This document shows positions 29,661 to 44,260 of a stretch of 64,000 bases of DNA, one piece after another. Made by a program: the position numbers and the translations under genes. Each line of letters opens with the position of its first letter. Position 1 is the stretch's first letter. Below the pieces are notes generated by a model. It saw only the letters and a list, made by a program, of their open reading frames with translations, was not told the DNA's origin and ran no database searches. Origin of the DNA: the human T2T-CHM13v2.0 reference genome, Homo sapiens; assembly GCF_009914755.1 (NCBI RefSeq), contig NC_060931.1; one strand, written 5' to 3'.

Positions 29661-30135
29661 AGATGGGAAATGGGAATGGATAAAGGTTGTATATTTCAGC
29701 TTGGGTGACTGCACAATGCAGGCTAGGCCCCTCAGGGTTCAGGATGGAGCTGAGATAGTAAGAGAAGGGGTGAAGCCCAGGTATCAAGGGTTGGCCTTGC
29801 CCTCACTGCAATATCCCAATGCTAAACTATAAGGAGTCCATAAATTATTAAACTCAAACAGATTCGTAGTCATTATTATAATATACTTGCCATGGAGGAA
29901 ACCAAGAACTTATTTTATTTAAAAGTTTGTTCACTTGATCTGTAACTGTCAATTTTTACTCTTATCCAGCCCTCACAAATGCTGGAGCTGGGCTTACGGA
30001 TAGTGGAACAATGATTTATACTAGGACTGTAGCACCTATTTCCACACAGACTAATTTCATTAGAACTCTTGCTATATTTCAAAACTCTCTCTGTGTGTGT
30101 GCATGTGTGTGTGTGTATTTTATATATACATATAG

Positions 30136-30190
30136 TTACATATCCCATTATAGCATATTCCAATGGAATATGCTATAATGGGATATGTAA
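30136..30190. repeat. Perfect inverted repeat, 27-bp arms, 1-nt spacer
   Basis: ttacatatcccattatagcatattcca-a-tggaatatgctataatgggatatgtaa. Confidence 0.97.
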
Positions 30191-32147
30191 TGAGTATACA
30201 TGAGATATGCATATGCAATGAGTGTATACACACACAAACACACATATATAATGCTTATGGAGAAAACATCCTTAGAATAGTTCAGAATTCTGGCAAAGCA
30301 CAGATAAATGTAAGGGTAAGACATTTACCTTCAATTCTGTTATTTGTTTTTAACAAATTTGATTTGTAACTTCTGTAGAATTAAAGAAAATTAACTCAAA
30401 CCTTTTTACATACTTCTTGAATCTCAGATTTTTTAGTACAATATTTGGCACATAACTCAATAAATGTTTATGATAAAAGGCATCACATTTTTGAATGATA
30501 ATTTTTTTACTCACTATAATACCATTTAGAATGCTAAGAAAGTTAACTAATCAACATAGGATATGTCAACTCCAAATTTTAAGTAAAATTTACAGTGTTT
30601 TAATAACTTTATTGTGATGTATTTCATATACTGTACAATTTGCCCCTTCAAATTGTATGATTTAATGACTCTTAATATATTCATAGTTATGCAACTATCA
30701 CCACAATCAATTTTAAAACATTCTTATTATCCTAGAAAGAAAGCTCAGACCGCTTAGCAATCACTGCATAATCCTTCATACCTCCTTCCCTAGGAAACCA
30801 CTAATCTACTTTTTGCCTCTATAGTTTCACCTATTCTGAATATTTTGTATAAATGGAATTATACAATATGTGTTTTTGTGAGTGGCTTCTTTTCATTTAG
30901 CATGTTTTCAAGGTTCATTCATATTGTAGTATGCATCACAACTTCATTTCTTTGTATTGCTGAGTACAATTCCATTGCATGTATATAACAATTGTATTTA
31001 TCTATTTGTCAGTTTATGGACATTTGGGTTGTTCACACATTTTGGCTATTGAAACACTCCTATGAACATTTTGTGTGGGGACAAAAACCTGTTATTTTTA
31101 TTTCTTTTTATTTCTCCTGAGCATATAACTAGGAATAGATTTGCTAAACCATATGGTAATTCTGTGTTTAATCATTTGAGGAACTGACAACTGTTTTTCA
31201 AAGTGTCTGGACCATTTTGGATTCCCATTAATGTTGTCGGGTTCCAGTTTCTCCATATCCTCACCAACACTTGCTATTTTTTACTTTTTGATTACAGCCA
31301 TCCTCCCTGTGGTGTGAAGTGGTATCTCATTGTGGTTTAGATTTTTTTTTCTTTGTTTCTTGAGATGAGGGTCCCACTTTTTAACCAGACTGGTCTTGAA
31401 CTCCTAAGCTCTAGTGATCCTCCATCCTCCAACCTCAGCTTTCAGAGTAGGTGGGACTATAGGCACACACCACAGCACCCAGCTAATTTTGCCTTTCCTT
31501 AAAGGCAAATAATGTTGAATATCTTTTCATGTGCTTATTGGTCATTTTGGCGAAATTTCTATTCATAGCTTTTGCCTGATTTTGACTTGAATTTTCTTTT
31601 TATTATTGAGTTGTAAGACTTTTTATATATACGTTCTAGGTACTAGTCTTTGGTAGGATAGATGATTTGCAAATATTTTTACATTCCATAGATTGTCTTT
31701 TCACTTTCTTGATTGTATTCTTTAGTGCACATTATTTTTTTGTTTAGTTTTGATGATGTCCAGATTGTCTTTGTGTGTGTGTATGCTTTTGATGTCATAT
31801 CTAAGAAACTTGCCAAATCCAAGATTTGCCAGTGATTTACACCTGTTTTCCTTTAAGAGTTTTGTAGTTTTAACTCATATTTCCACAGTCTTTGATCCAT
31901 TTTTGGTTATTTTTTGTTTATGGCATGAGGTGGTGGGGAGTACGACTTCATTATTTTCCATGTAGACTTCAGTTGTTCCAGCGTCATTTGTTGAAAAGAC
32001 TATTCTTTCCTTCATTGACTTGTCTTGACACCCTTGTTGAAAATCAACTGATCATAAATTAAAGGGTTGATTTCTTTTTTTTTTTTTTTGTAGAACAGTG
32101 TTGTTTATTGGTAGAATGCTCAGTAAAGATTTTAATTTTTTTATTTT

Positions 32148-32402
32148 ATTTTATTTTATTATACTTTAAGTTTTAGGGTACATGTGCACAGTGTGCAGGT
32201 TAGTTACATATGTATACGATTCCTCAGGGATCTAGAACTAGAAATACCATTTGACCCAGCCATCCCATTACTGGGTATATACCCAAAGGACTATAAATCA
32301 TGCTGCTATAAAGACACATGCACATGTATGTTTATTGCGGCACTATTCACAATAGCAAATACTTGGAACCAACCCAAATGTCCAACAATGATAGACTGGA
32401 TT
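32148..32402 (-). mobile_element. Short 5'-inverted (twin-primed) L1PA3/4-like insertion
   Basis: Reverse L1 3' end at 32148-32217 joined to a forward ORF2 C-terminal piece at 32218-32402 ([23 protein letters not shown]). Confidence 0.9.
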
Positions 32403-32414
32403 TTTTTTTATTTT

Positions 32415-32693
32415 AAGACAGATTGTCTCTGTTACCCAGGCTGGAGCTGGAGGGCGGTGACACGATATTAGCTCACTGCAATCTCCATCTCTAGTGTTCA
32501 AACAATTCTCATGCCTCAGCCTCCTGAGTAGCTGGCACTACAAGCACACGCCACTACACCCGGCTAACTTTTTGTATTTTTAGTAGAGATAGGGTTTCAC
32601 CATGTTGGCCAGGCTGATCTCAAACTCCTGTGATCCACCCACCTTGGCCTCCCAAAGTGCCAGGATTACAGGTGTGAGCCACCGTACCTGGTC
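32415..32693 (-). mobile_element. AluS
   Basis: Reverse dimer ending cctggtc; outer TSD a(g/a)ggttgatttct. Confidence 0.9.
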
Positions 32694-33307
32694 AAGGTTG
32701 ATTTCTGGACTCTCAACTTAGTCCATTCATCTATATGTCTCTACTTATGCCAGTTCCACACTGTCTTGGCTACTGTAATTTGTAATAAGTTTTGGAATCA
32801 GAAGGCCTGAAACCTCTAAATTTATTTTTCTTTTTCAAGATGGTTTGACTACAATCTACTTTAAATGTTTAGCTTTGGAGTTAATTTAATGTTTTGTGCA
32901 GTTTTTTTATTATCTTAAATAGCTTTTTATTTACTTATGTCTGTTTTGCCAAATCAGTTTATGATATTAGCAAGAAATAGTAGTTGACCTTCAATTTAAG
33001 TCAGAAAAAAAATTAAATAGGAGGTTTTTCCTTAAGCATATAAAATTCTGAGATAAATTTTTAAAATTAAAAGTTTATCCTTTATTTACTTTACTAACCC
33101 AAACAATAAATCACCAAATCTACTTCATTTGCAAAATGTTAGTGGAAAATATGCTATTGTCAAATGATTCTTTCCAAAAACTCTTCTTCTTTCAATAATT
33201 TACAGCCATTCCTTTGGGATATTTTGATGCTACAAATTGTTTTACTGTCTGACTAAACAATATTTAATAGGAGCTTTTATTTCTATGTGTAACAAAAGAA
33301 TAGACTA

Positions 33308-33739
<432 letters not shown>

Positions 33740-33924
33740 AAAAGAATAGACTAATACCAGATGCAACTGAGGACATTTAAATTAGATGTTTTCACTGAGT
33801 CAATGTGCTATTTTAACCCTGACACCCATTTTAAAATAACAAATACTAAAAAAATCATTTTACTTGATAGTTTGAATACTCATAGACTATTATATACTAA
33901 ATAGTCCCCTTACAAATTTTTGTA

Positions 33925-36287
<2,363 letters not shown>

Positions 36288-36769
36288 AATAATTTTCCTA
36301 ACAATTATCTCATTAAATTATTAACTACTACTATACAACTGTTTAAATTGTAATGTCCATTTTATAAATGACACATAGCCAGAACTGTGCTTACTTGTAG
36401 TATACCAGGGGCATGGGAATGTCCATTGTATCTGTCAACCACAGTTGTCAGTAGGAGGAGAATTTCTTCAGCGGTGGGCAAGGGCTACTGTTCTGGTTGC
36501 AGAGGGAATTCCTCTGTATCTGGATGGAGAATGGTCTCTTTACCTGAAGAGCAGCCTCATGTACTCTAACCAAAAGAAAGGCCTGATGAATGGAATCAAA
36601 GGTAGATTTATTCATATCTTTTTATTAATTTTTTTAACATAGATACATTTTTACCATAAGAAAACAAATTTCAAATTATAAATAATTACTTTTTTTCAAG
36701 ATTTGTAAGTAGGGAATTGCATAAAAATGGTCATCATCATCTCCGCCTCAAATCATTTCTCAAGGTGCT

Positions 36770-37050
36770 TTTAAATACAATATTTATCAATTACTTATTG
36801 AATATGTTCCTTCTGCCAGAGACTATACCAAGCGCTAGTTATAAAATGATGAACCAAACAGACTAGGGTTCTTTCATAATGTGGTTTGCGTTCAAATAAC
36901 AAGTGAAAATAATAAACAAACACATTCTTGGTGAATTAATTAATTCACTAATTAATAACAAAAATATTTCAGATAATGATAAGGTGCTATAAAGCATTGC
37001 ACAGTGACCAAGAAAGATGAGGTGGTATAAAAAATGGAAAACAATACAAT
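36770..37050 (-). mobile_element. L2 3' fragment
   Basis: atcaattacttattgaatatg...ttcagataatgataaggtgctataa. Confidence 0.5.
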
Positions 37051-37467
37051 TCAACATCTCAAAAATTATTTTATATTATCACTTCTAGAGAACTGCTCAC
37101 TGCCCCCAATTATAGGCACCAAAATTCTATGAAGACATTTATAAAGTAAAACAACTCATATCAAAGAAATGGGACAGTAAGGGATTGGAAGGACATAGTA
37201 CAAGGAATGGGTGAAAGAAATGGTGATATTTAGACTGCAAAAGGAAATAGTAAAAAGAGAAGCATGAAAATTAGATTTAGATATTTGGAAAGTTGTCATG
37301 AAATGGAAGGAACAGAACAATTGTATGTTTCACACAGAAAGAACCAAACTAGGAAGAATAGGAAAAAAAGAGAAAATTAGATTTATTGGATCTTCACTAA
37401 GTGCCAAGCACTGTATGCTGTGTTGTAAATATTTAATTTTATGTTTTCATTATTCTTTTGATAATTT

Positions 37468-39240
37468 TCTTTTTATATTGTAAGTTGACAAATTATAATC
37501 GTATATATTGTTAGGATATAAAGTAATATTGTGATATATGTATACAAGATAAGAGGAATAGGTTTAATTTTTGAAGATCAACAGCAGAGCATGCTAATAA
37601 TTGAGTACTAATAATATAGCTCATAACTGAGGACTATACATTTCAATATTGCTAAAGGAGTAAATTTCTAAAGTAATTTCTTATCACAAAATATGTTAAA
37701 TATTTGAGGTGACAGATATGTTAATAAGTTTAATTTAATAATTCCACATTTTATCTAAAAATCATATTACTACTTTGTACCTTATAATTTGTCAATATGC
37801 AATAAAAATAAATATATAAAAACTAAATTGAGCTAATTAACATATCATTTGAAATAATTATAATTTTTTATATTTTCATATTTATATATAAATATATAAT
37901 TTTATATATTTATATATAAATATATAATTATATATTTATATATAAATATATAATTATATATTTATATATAAATGTATAATTTTATATATTTATATATATA
38001 ATTATATATTTATATATAAATGCATAATTTTATATATATTTATATATAAATGTATAATTTTATATATATTTATATATAAATGTATAATTTTATATATATT
38101 TATATATAAATGTATAATTTTATATATATTTATATATAAATGTATATTTTTATATATATTTATATATAAATGTATAATTTTATATATATTTATATATTTA
38201 TATATAAATGTATAATTTTATATATATTTATATATAAATGTATAATTTTATATATATTTATATATAAATGTATAATTTTATATATATTTATATATAAATG
38301 TATAATTTTATATATATTTATATATAAATGTATAATTTTATATATATTTATATATTTATATATAAATGTATAACTTTATATATATTTATATATTTATATA
38401 TAAATGTATAACTTTATATATATTTATATATTTATATATAAGTGTATAACTTTATATATATTTATATATTTATATATAAGTGTATAACTTTATATATATT
38501 TATATATAAATGTATAATTTTTTATATATATATAAATATATAATTATATATATATATAAATATATAATTTTATATATATATAAATATAATTTTATATATA
38601 TTTATAAATATATAATTATATATAAATATATAATTTTATATATATTTATAAATATATAATTTTATATATATATAAATATATAATTTTATATATATTTATA
38701 AATATGTAATTTTATATATATTTATATATTATATAAAATGTATATAAAATAAAAAATTTATATATTTTATTATATATATAATTATATATATTTATATATA
38801 AATATATATAATTATATATTCAAATATATATTTGAAATAATTATAATTTTTTGCAGTGAGAACATTTGAAAATTTACTCTCTTAGCAATCTTGAAATGTG
38901 CCACCTATACGTTATTAACTATAGTCACCATGTTGTGCAATTAATCTCAAAAAATTTATTCCTCCTGTGTAACTGAAACTTTGTACACTTTGGCCAACAT
39001 CTCCCCACTTCCCTCACCGCTAGCCTCTGGTAACTATCATTCTGCTCTCTGTTTCAATGTGTTTGTTTTAGATTCCACATGTAAGTGAGATCATAAATAT
39101 TTCTCCTGTTGTGGCTTATTTTACACAGCATAATGTCTTCCAGGTTCATTAATAAATGACAGAATTTTCTTCTTTTTAAAAATAAAATAGTATTCCATTT
39201 CATATTTTCATTATCCATTCATTCACTGATGGATAATTTC
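37468..39240 (-). mobile_element. L1MA-type 3' end, interrupted by a forward L1MA 3' piece (about 37548-37820) and the AT minisatellite
   Basis: ttgacaaattataatcgtatatatt; gtgagaacatttgaaaatttactctcttagcaat; ttttagattccacatgtaagtgagatca. Confidence 0.8.
37870..38829. repeat. AT-rich minisatellite, unit about 28-36 bp (e.g. tatatataaatgtataattttatatatatt)
   Basis: Seen directly; about 960 bp, nearly all A/T. Confidence 0.97.
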
Positions 39241-41370
39241 TTTTATTCCTCTTCATTTACTAGGGAATAGAGGTCAACAAAGTTAAGAACCATGCCTAGA
39301 TTCACACAGACAGTGAATACTGATGCTGGGTTTTGGCCCTGAAACTTCTCCAAAAATAATGTTCTTTCTTCTGCATGTTTCTACTTCTTGATTTTGGCTT
39401 CATGTAAGATATAGTTTTCCAACTTCTAGATGTGCCTCACCTTGTAAAGTTGTGGTCTTACCATCACAGGAACTGTTAGTGAAGAGGTGCCTTGTTCAGA
39501 AAGTAACTTCTAAGGCCCCAAACAACTCTAAAAGACTCCATTTTCCACTAAGTAAGTTAAAAAGCCACGGTCTACAGCACCCTATCCAACTGGTAGGAAC
39601 TCGCTGCATCAGTGCAGTTGACTTCACAGGATTAGCAAATCATCACGTATTAGAGATCTTGGCCCTATGGGATTTGGAAGCCTGTCCCATAAGTGGAAAA
39701 CCCTGAAATAGAATGAAATTACTGTATGAGACACCAAAGGGAGGTAGGCTAGCCTCAAAAAAAAAAAAAAAAAAAAAAGTTACCTAGTTCATAGTTTTGA
39801 CTGGGACCAAATTACAAAACATTTTCCCCGTTTCAATGTGGTTTTTATTGTTCAAAGTTGTAATTATCTAGTGAAATCAAGTCTAAATATTTGATGCCCA
39901 GCATGAATGAAAAATATATTTTGTAATAACAGACTCATTAAATAACCAAAATAAATGACTCATTTTATAATAATCTTCTCAAATTGGACACAAACAGGAT
40001 ATTTCATATTTCACATTGCTTTTGTCTATCAGGGATGACTGAAAAACGATGTATCCTCAGTAAGTGGTTCTTTTCAGTGGACACATCTTAACATATTCCC
40101 TTTAAATGTTAGTTTCAAGTCTGTTGTGAGTCTTTAAGCTAAAATTAATTTTTCAGTCATTTTAAAAACCTAGCTGTCAAATCTAATACTAAATTTTCAG
40201 TGGTTAAGAATTTTATAGTATGATTTTGTGCTGTTTAGAACAGTACGTCTTTTTTATGGTTTTAAAATTATATGCCATTAATATTATCCAGTGACTATTT
40301 TCAACATATTATTGGACTGATGCAAAGAAGAAAGTAATCAAATTAATCACGTATTTTATAATCTTAATTTTATACTTAGCTTTTCCTATGCAAAGTTAAA
40401 TAATCCTACTTGCTACAGTTTCTCATCATAACACAAGTAAGTCCTACGCACCTTTAACCATACTTTTCCCTTCATTGGCCTTCTTAATTAGATGTTTTAA
40501 GTAAAATGGACAAAACTGAGGTTGAACTTCACTTAGCTAAGAAGACTGGTCTAAATCATGCCCCGAAATAACATGGTTTGCTAATTTCATAAAATTAATA
40601 GTGCTAGTTAGAAAAAGTTGAGTGATGTAAAAGAGAGAAAATAAAGGTAGTTTGCCTTTAGTTCCACTTAGGTTTGGGAATATGGTATTAAAAAGGCCAA
40701 ATAGAATCCAAATGCATATTAATTTAACAGTTAATGAGCAGAGGACAGAATAGGGGAAAAAATCTTCAGAAAGACTATCAATGCATTCTGGTACTTTCTA
40801 CCATTCTCCAAACTTTAATTTGTGAGGACGCTTTTCATCACACTTTTAAATTAGCCTAGATTCTATAAATTTTTCTTTTTCATTAATTTTGCCTGCAAGG
40901 TATACAGCGGCCAAATATTTCATGTAACAATTTTATATTATCAATTCACATATAATAAAAGGAAAATAATGTTTTAAATCCACCACACAGACACACATCC
41001 CTCATGATTTAGCAAAAAAGTTTGTAAATACTGTTAGCAATAGATCAGTCTAAAATCGTTAAAGTGTGGCAAAATAGTGCTTTCATTATTAACAATTATA
41101 TTAAAATGCAAACAGAACATATATGAAAAATACAGGCATGTTACTATCCTCAAACACATAGGTAGATGCAGCATCAATATAAGTAGCATAAAGCTAGAAA
41201 CAACATTACCATCCATTCAATCAATAAATATATATTGATTGTTTACTAAGTACTCTCCTAGGTCATGAGAGCACATATTAATGAAAAAAAACAGTTCCTG
41301 TAACTGAAAAGCTTGCCTTCCAACAGAGATGCAGACATGAACAGATGATTTCTAAAACCGTGTGCTATAA

Positions 41371-41507
41371 CAGAGGCTCCCAAAATGTGGTCTGCAGACC
41401 AGTGGCATCAGCATCTCTTGGGAACTTAGACATGCAGATTCCATTTGTTTCACAGACCCACTGAATCAGAATATCTCCAGGTGATTTGGATAAAGTTTTA
41501 GAACCAC
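41371..41507. mobile_element. MER5A (hAT) relic inside an L2 fragment
   Basis: cagaggctcccaaaatgtggtc...gcatcagcatc...ctgaatcagaa...ttttagaaccact. Confidence 0.75.
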
Positions 41508-41687
41508 TATACTACAAATTGAGGTATCCATAGTGAATAAAATCTATGACTAGAGATACTGTTGCTTAGGGAATCTTTAATGGTGTTACAAAGGAAGTGT
41601 CAAGTATCTCAGCAAATGATGTTCCTTTTTTAGTTCCTTTTCTGGCAGGATGAGACTGCCTGACAATGAAGTGTTAAAAGATCTTTT

Positions 41688-41989
41688 GGACGGGCGCGAT
41701 GGCTCACGCCTGTAATCCCAGCACTTAGGGAGGCCGAGGTAGGCAGATCACCTGAGGTTGGGAGTTCGAGACTAGCCTGACAAACATGGAGAAACCCCGT
41801 CTCTACTAAAAATACAAATTTAGCTGGGTGTGATGGCACATGCCTGTAATCACAGCTACTCAGGAGGCCTTAGGAGAATCTCTTGAACCCGGGAGGCGGA
41901 GGTTGTGGTGAGCTGAGATGCCGCCTTTGCATTCCAGCCTGGGTAACAAGAGCAAAACTCCATCTCAAAAAACAAAACAAAACAAAACA
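41688..41989 (+). mobile_element. AluSp-like
   Basis: cctgaggttgggagttcgag, aacatggagaaacccc, aacaagagcaaaactcc; (caaaa)n tail. Confidence 0.92.
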
Positions 41990-42225
41990 ACTTTCATCTT
42001 CCCAGGACACAGAAGAAGTAACCATGTATGGTAACTAAGAACCCTGAATGATCAGTAAATAGAGATGTGACAATGGAGGGAGGCAGCACATGCAGGCAAT
42101 CGCTTTGCAGAGTATATCACACAACAAGGTGAGGCACACAGAAGATGACCCTGTAATCCTGGCTAAATGTTCCACCTTTTCAAGAAGGAACTGGAGACCA
42201 ACACCACTATCCAGCTTATTCTTGT

Positions 42226-42850
42226 GTAGTCAAAAAATTGGCCTTGTTCAGTGAGTGGTCTGGTATTTGTCCTTGGCTTCTGGAAGATAATCTATATCAT
42301 ATTTGATAGAATGTCTTTGTTTAAAAGAGGAATTGGCCCCAGTGGATCTTAGGGTGAGACCAGCCATACCAAATAGTCTTAGGGTAGGGACTAGCAATGG
42401 GGTCTCTAGGTCACACAATGTCAGTCAACCTGGAGGCTGAGGTCAACTATATGTATTGATCAATCATGCCTATGTAATGAAGCCCAATACAAACTCTAAA
42501 TACTAAAGTTCATGTGCACGTCCCTGTTTAGAAATACTCCATTCATACTGTCACACATCAATGCCAGGAAACTCCATGGGGAGAGAACTATGACACTTCA
42601 TATTTGGAACCTTCCTGGACTTTGCCCTGTGTTTCTCTTCATTTTGCTCACTTTAATCTATATCCTTATTCTGTAATAGACCACAAACAAGAGTATATTC
42701 AATTTCAGTGAGTTTTGTGTGTTATACTAGCAAATTGTCAACACTCTAGGTAGTTTGGGGAACCTCTGCAAAACTGCAATTGGTATCAGAATTGAGGGCA
42801 ATATTGGAGACAGCGACTTCTAACTCTACAGTGTGCCCTAGCTTCTTGCA
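42226..42850 (+). mobile_element. MER21C-like ERVL LTR
   Basis: tcaatcatgcctatgtaatgaagccc, tactgtcacacatc, tttaatctatatcct, ttcagtgagttttgtg. Confidence 0.7.
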
Positions 42851-43464
42851 GTTGGTTTCTGTGAAGTGGGATTTACTGGAACAACCCTGACTCATTGAAT
42901 CATGTGGTTTGGTAAGAAGGATGAGAGGGTGCAGAGAATGAATCTTTGATTTTGCAATGGCCCAGAGTCATACGGTATAAAACTACAGCTGTGCAATGAT
43001 CTGGAGGTATTTTAAAGGTTACAAATAGAATTTAGAACTCCCAGGAAGTTGGTTCACTAGATGCATAAGGAAATGCAAATTAACAAGAAATTAGTGAAAT
43101 ATACAATGCCTTGGTCATTGTTGTCTGTAATAGCTAAAATGAAAATAAGGAAAAGTGGAGCAGATCTTAATGCTGGAACAAGTGTGGATTCCAGTTAGCT
43201 CAAGCTATAGCCACTGGCCTCAGGGACCCAACCTATAGGTAAAATGAAAGTGAAAGTAAAAGGAACTCTGGCGGTGGACCCTGATGCTGGGACCAGCGTG
43301 GAATCAAGCCATTCCCAGCAACAGCCACGAGACTTAGAGCTGCTTTCAAGGGGGGAAAAATGTGCAGAAACAGCAGATAGTGAAGGTTAGGCTGACTCAC
43401 AAGAATAGAGAATGACAAAGTGGAGAGTCCAGGAACTCATCCCAGCATTGTGGAAATCTCTAAA

Positions 43465-44238
43465 TGTTACAGTAACAGTCAGGCATGAGCAGGGCAGAAG
43501 AGGGCCCTCCCCCACCCACCCACCACAAATGTCAGGCGACCATCAGGTGATGGTTCAGCAGTTGTCACATTGCCTCTCTAAAAATGATAACTAGTAGTTG
43601 GGGCCCAGGGAGTGATAATTTCCTCATGGCCCACAGTTGTCACACTAAAATGATAATTGGTCACAGGGACCAGGAAGAGGCAATTTCCCAATACATAAAA
43701 ACACTTAAAATTGGCAGTCAGCAGTTTCCAATAAAATATCAGGAATTGCGCGAGTGAGCTGGAGCATGTGTATTAAGAGACAAAGTGGTGGAGTGTGACC
43801 TTCTGTGGGCAGTCCGCCAGAAAAGGGAAGAAAGCCTCAGGTGAGCATGCCAACAGCTTCCTAAACACACTGAGCATGCTCACTTCCCTTGCACAAGGAG
43901 GGCGCCACGAATGCACGCAGTTCACCCAAAGGAAAGAATGAAGGGAAAGGGGCGCAAGATGCCAGAAGTAGACCGCATATAAAGTCCTAGGATCAAGGTT
44001 AAACAGGGCACTTGACCTCCAAAGTGCCCGCTTGGATCTCTTCCAAGTATACCTTCCTTTCTTTCCTGCTCTAAAGTTTTTAAATAAATTTCCACTCCTG
44101 CTCTGAAACTTGCCTCAGTCTCTTTTTCTGCCTTATGCCATTCAGCCAAATTCTTTCTTCTGAGGAAGCAAGAGTTGAGTTTGCTGCAGATCCATACAGA
44201 TTCACCACTGGTAACTTGGGTATTCCCTGCTCCTAACA
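43465..44238 (+). mobile_element. MER50-like ERV1 LTR
   Basis: TG...CA ends, catgagcagggcag start motif, TATA-like atataaa at about 43977, aataaa at about 44083, followed by a PBS. Confidence 0.8.
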
Positions 44239-44242
44239 TATT

Positions 44243-44260
44243 TGGTGCCATGACTCAGAT
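44243..44260 (+). other. tRNA-His primer-binding site, followed by ERV1 leader to about 44720
   Basis: tggtgccatgactcagat vs His PBS TGGTGCCGTGACTCGGAT; both differences are CpG>CpA. Confidence 0.75.

Larger units (their letters stand above)
30597..32850 (-). mobile_element. L1MB-type 3' portion, host to a FLAM (about 31345-31485) and the composite insert at 32063-32706
   Basis: Reverse L1MB 3'UTR/ORF2 motifs (aaccactaatctactt, gtggtatctcattgtggttt, catttgttgaaaagactattc). Confidence 0.85.

Noticed and set aside
29915-30369. Divergent ORF pair both starting MEYAIMGYV
   Set aside because: Artefact of the DNA palindrome centred at 30163
38170-38373. Repetitive ORF (IYKCIILYIF)n and a CRISPR-like periodic array
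   Set aside because: Translation of the AT minisatellite; there are no unique spacers and the context is eukaryotic
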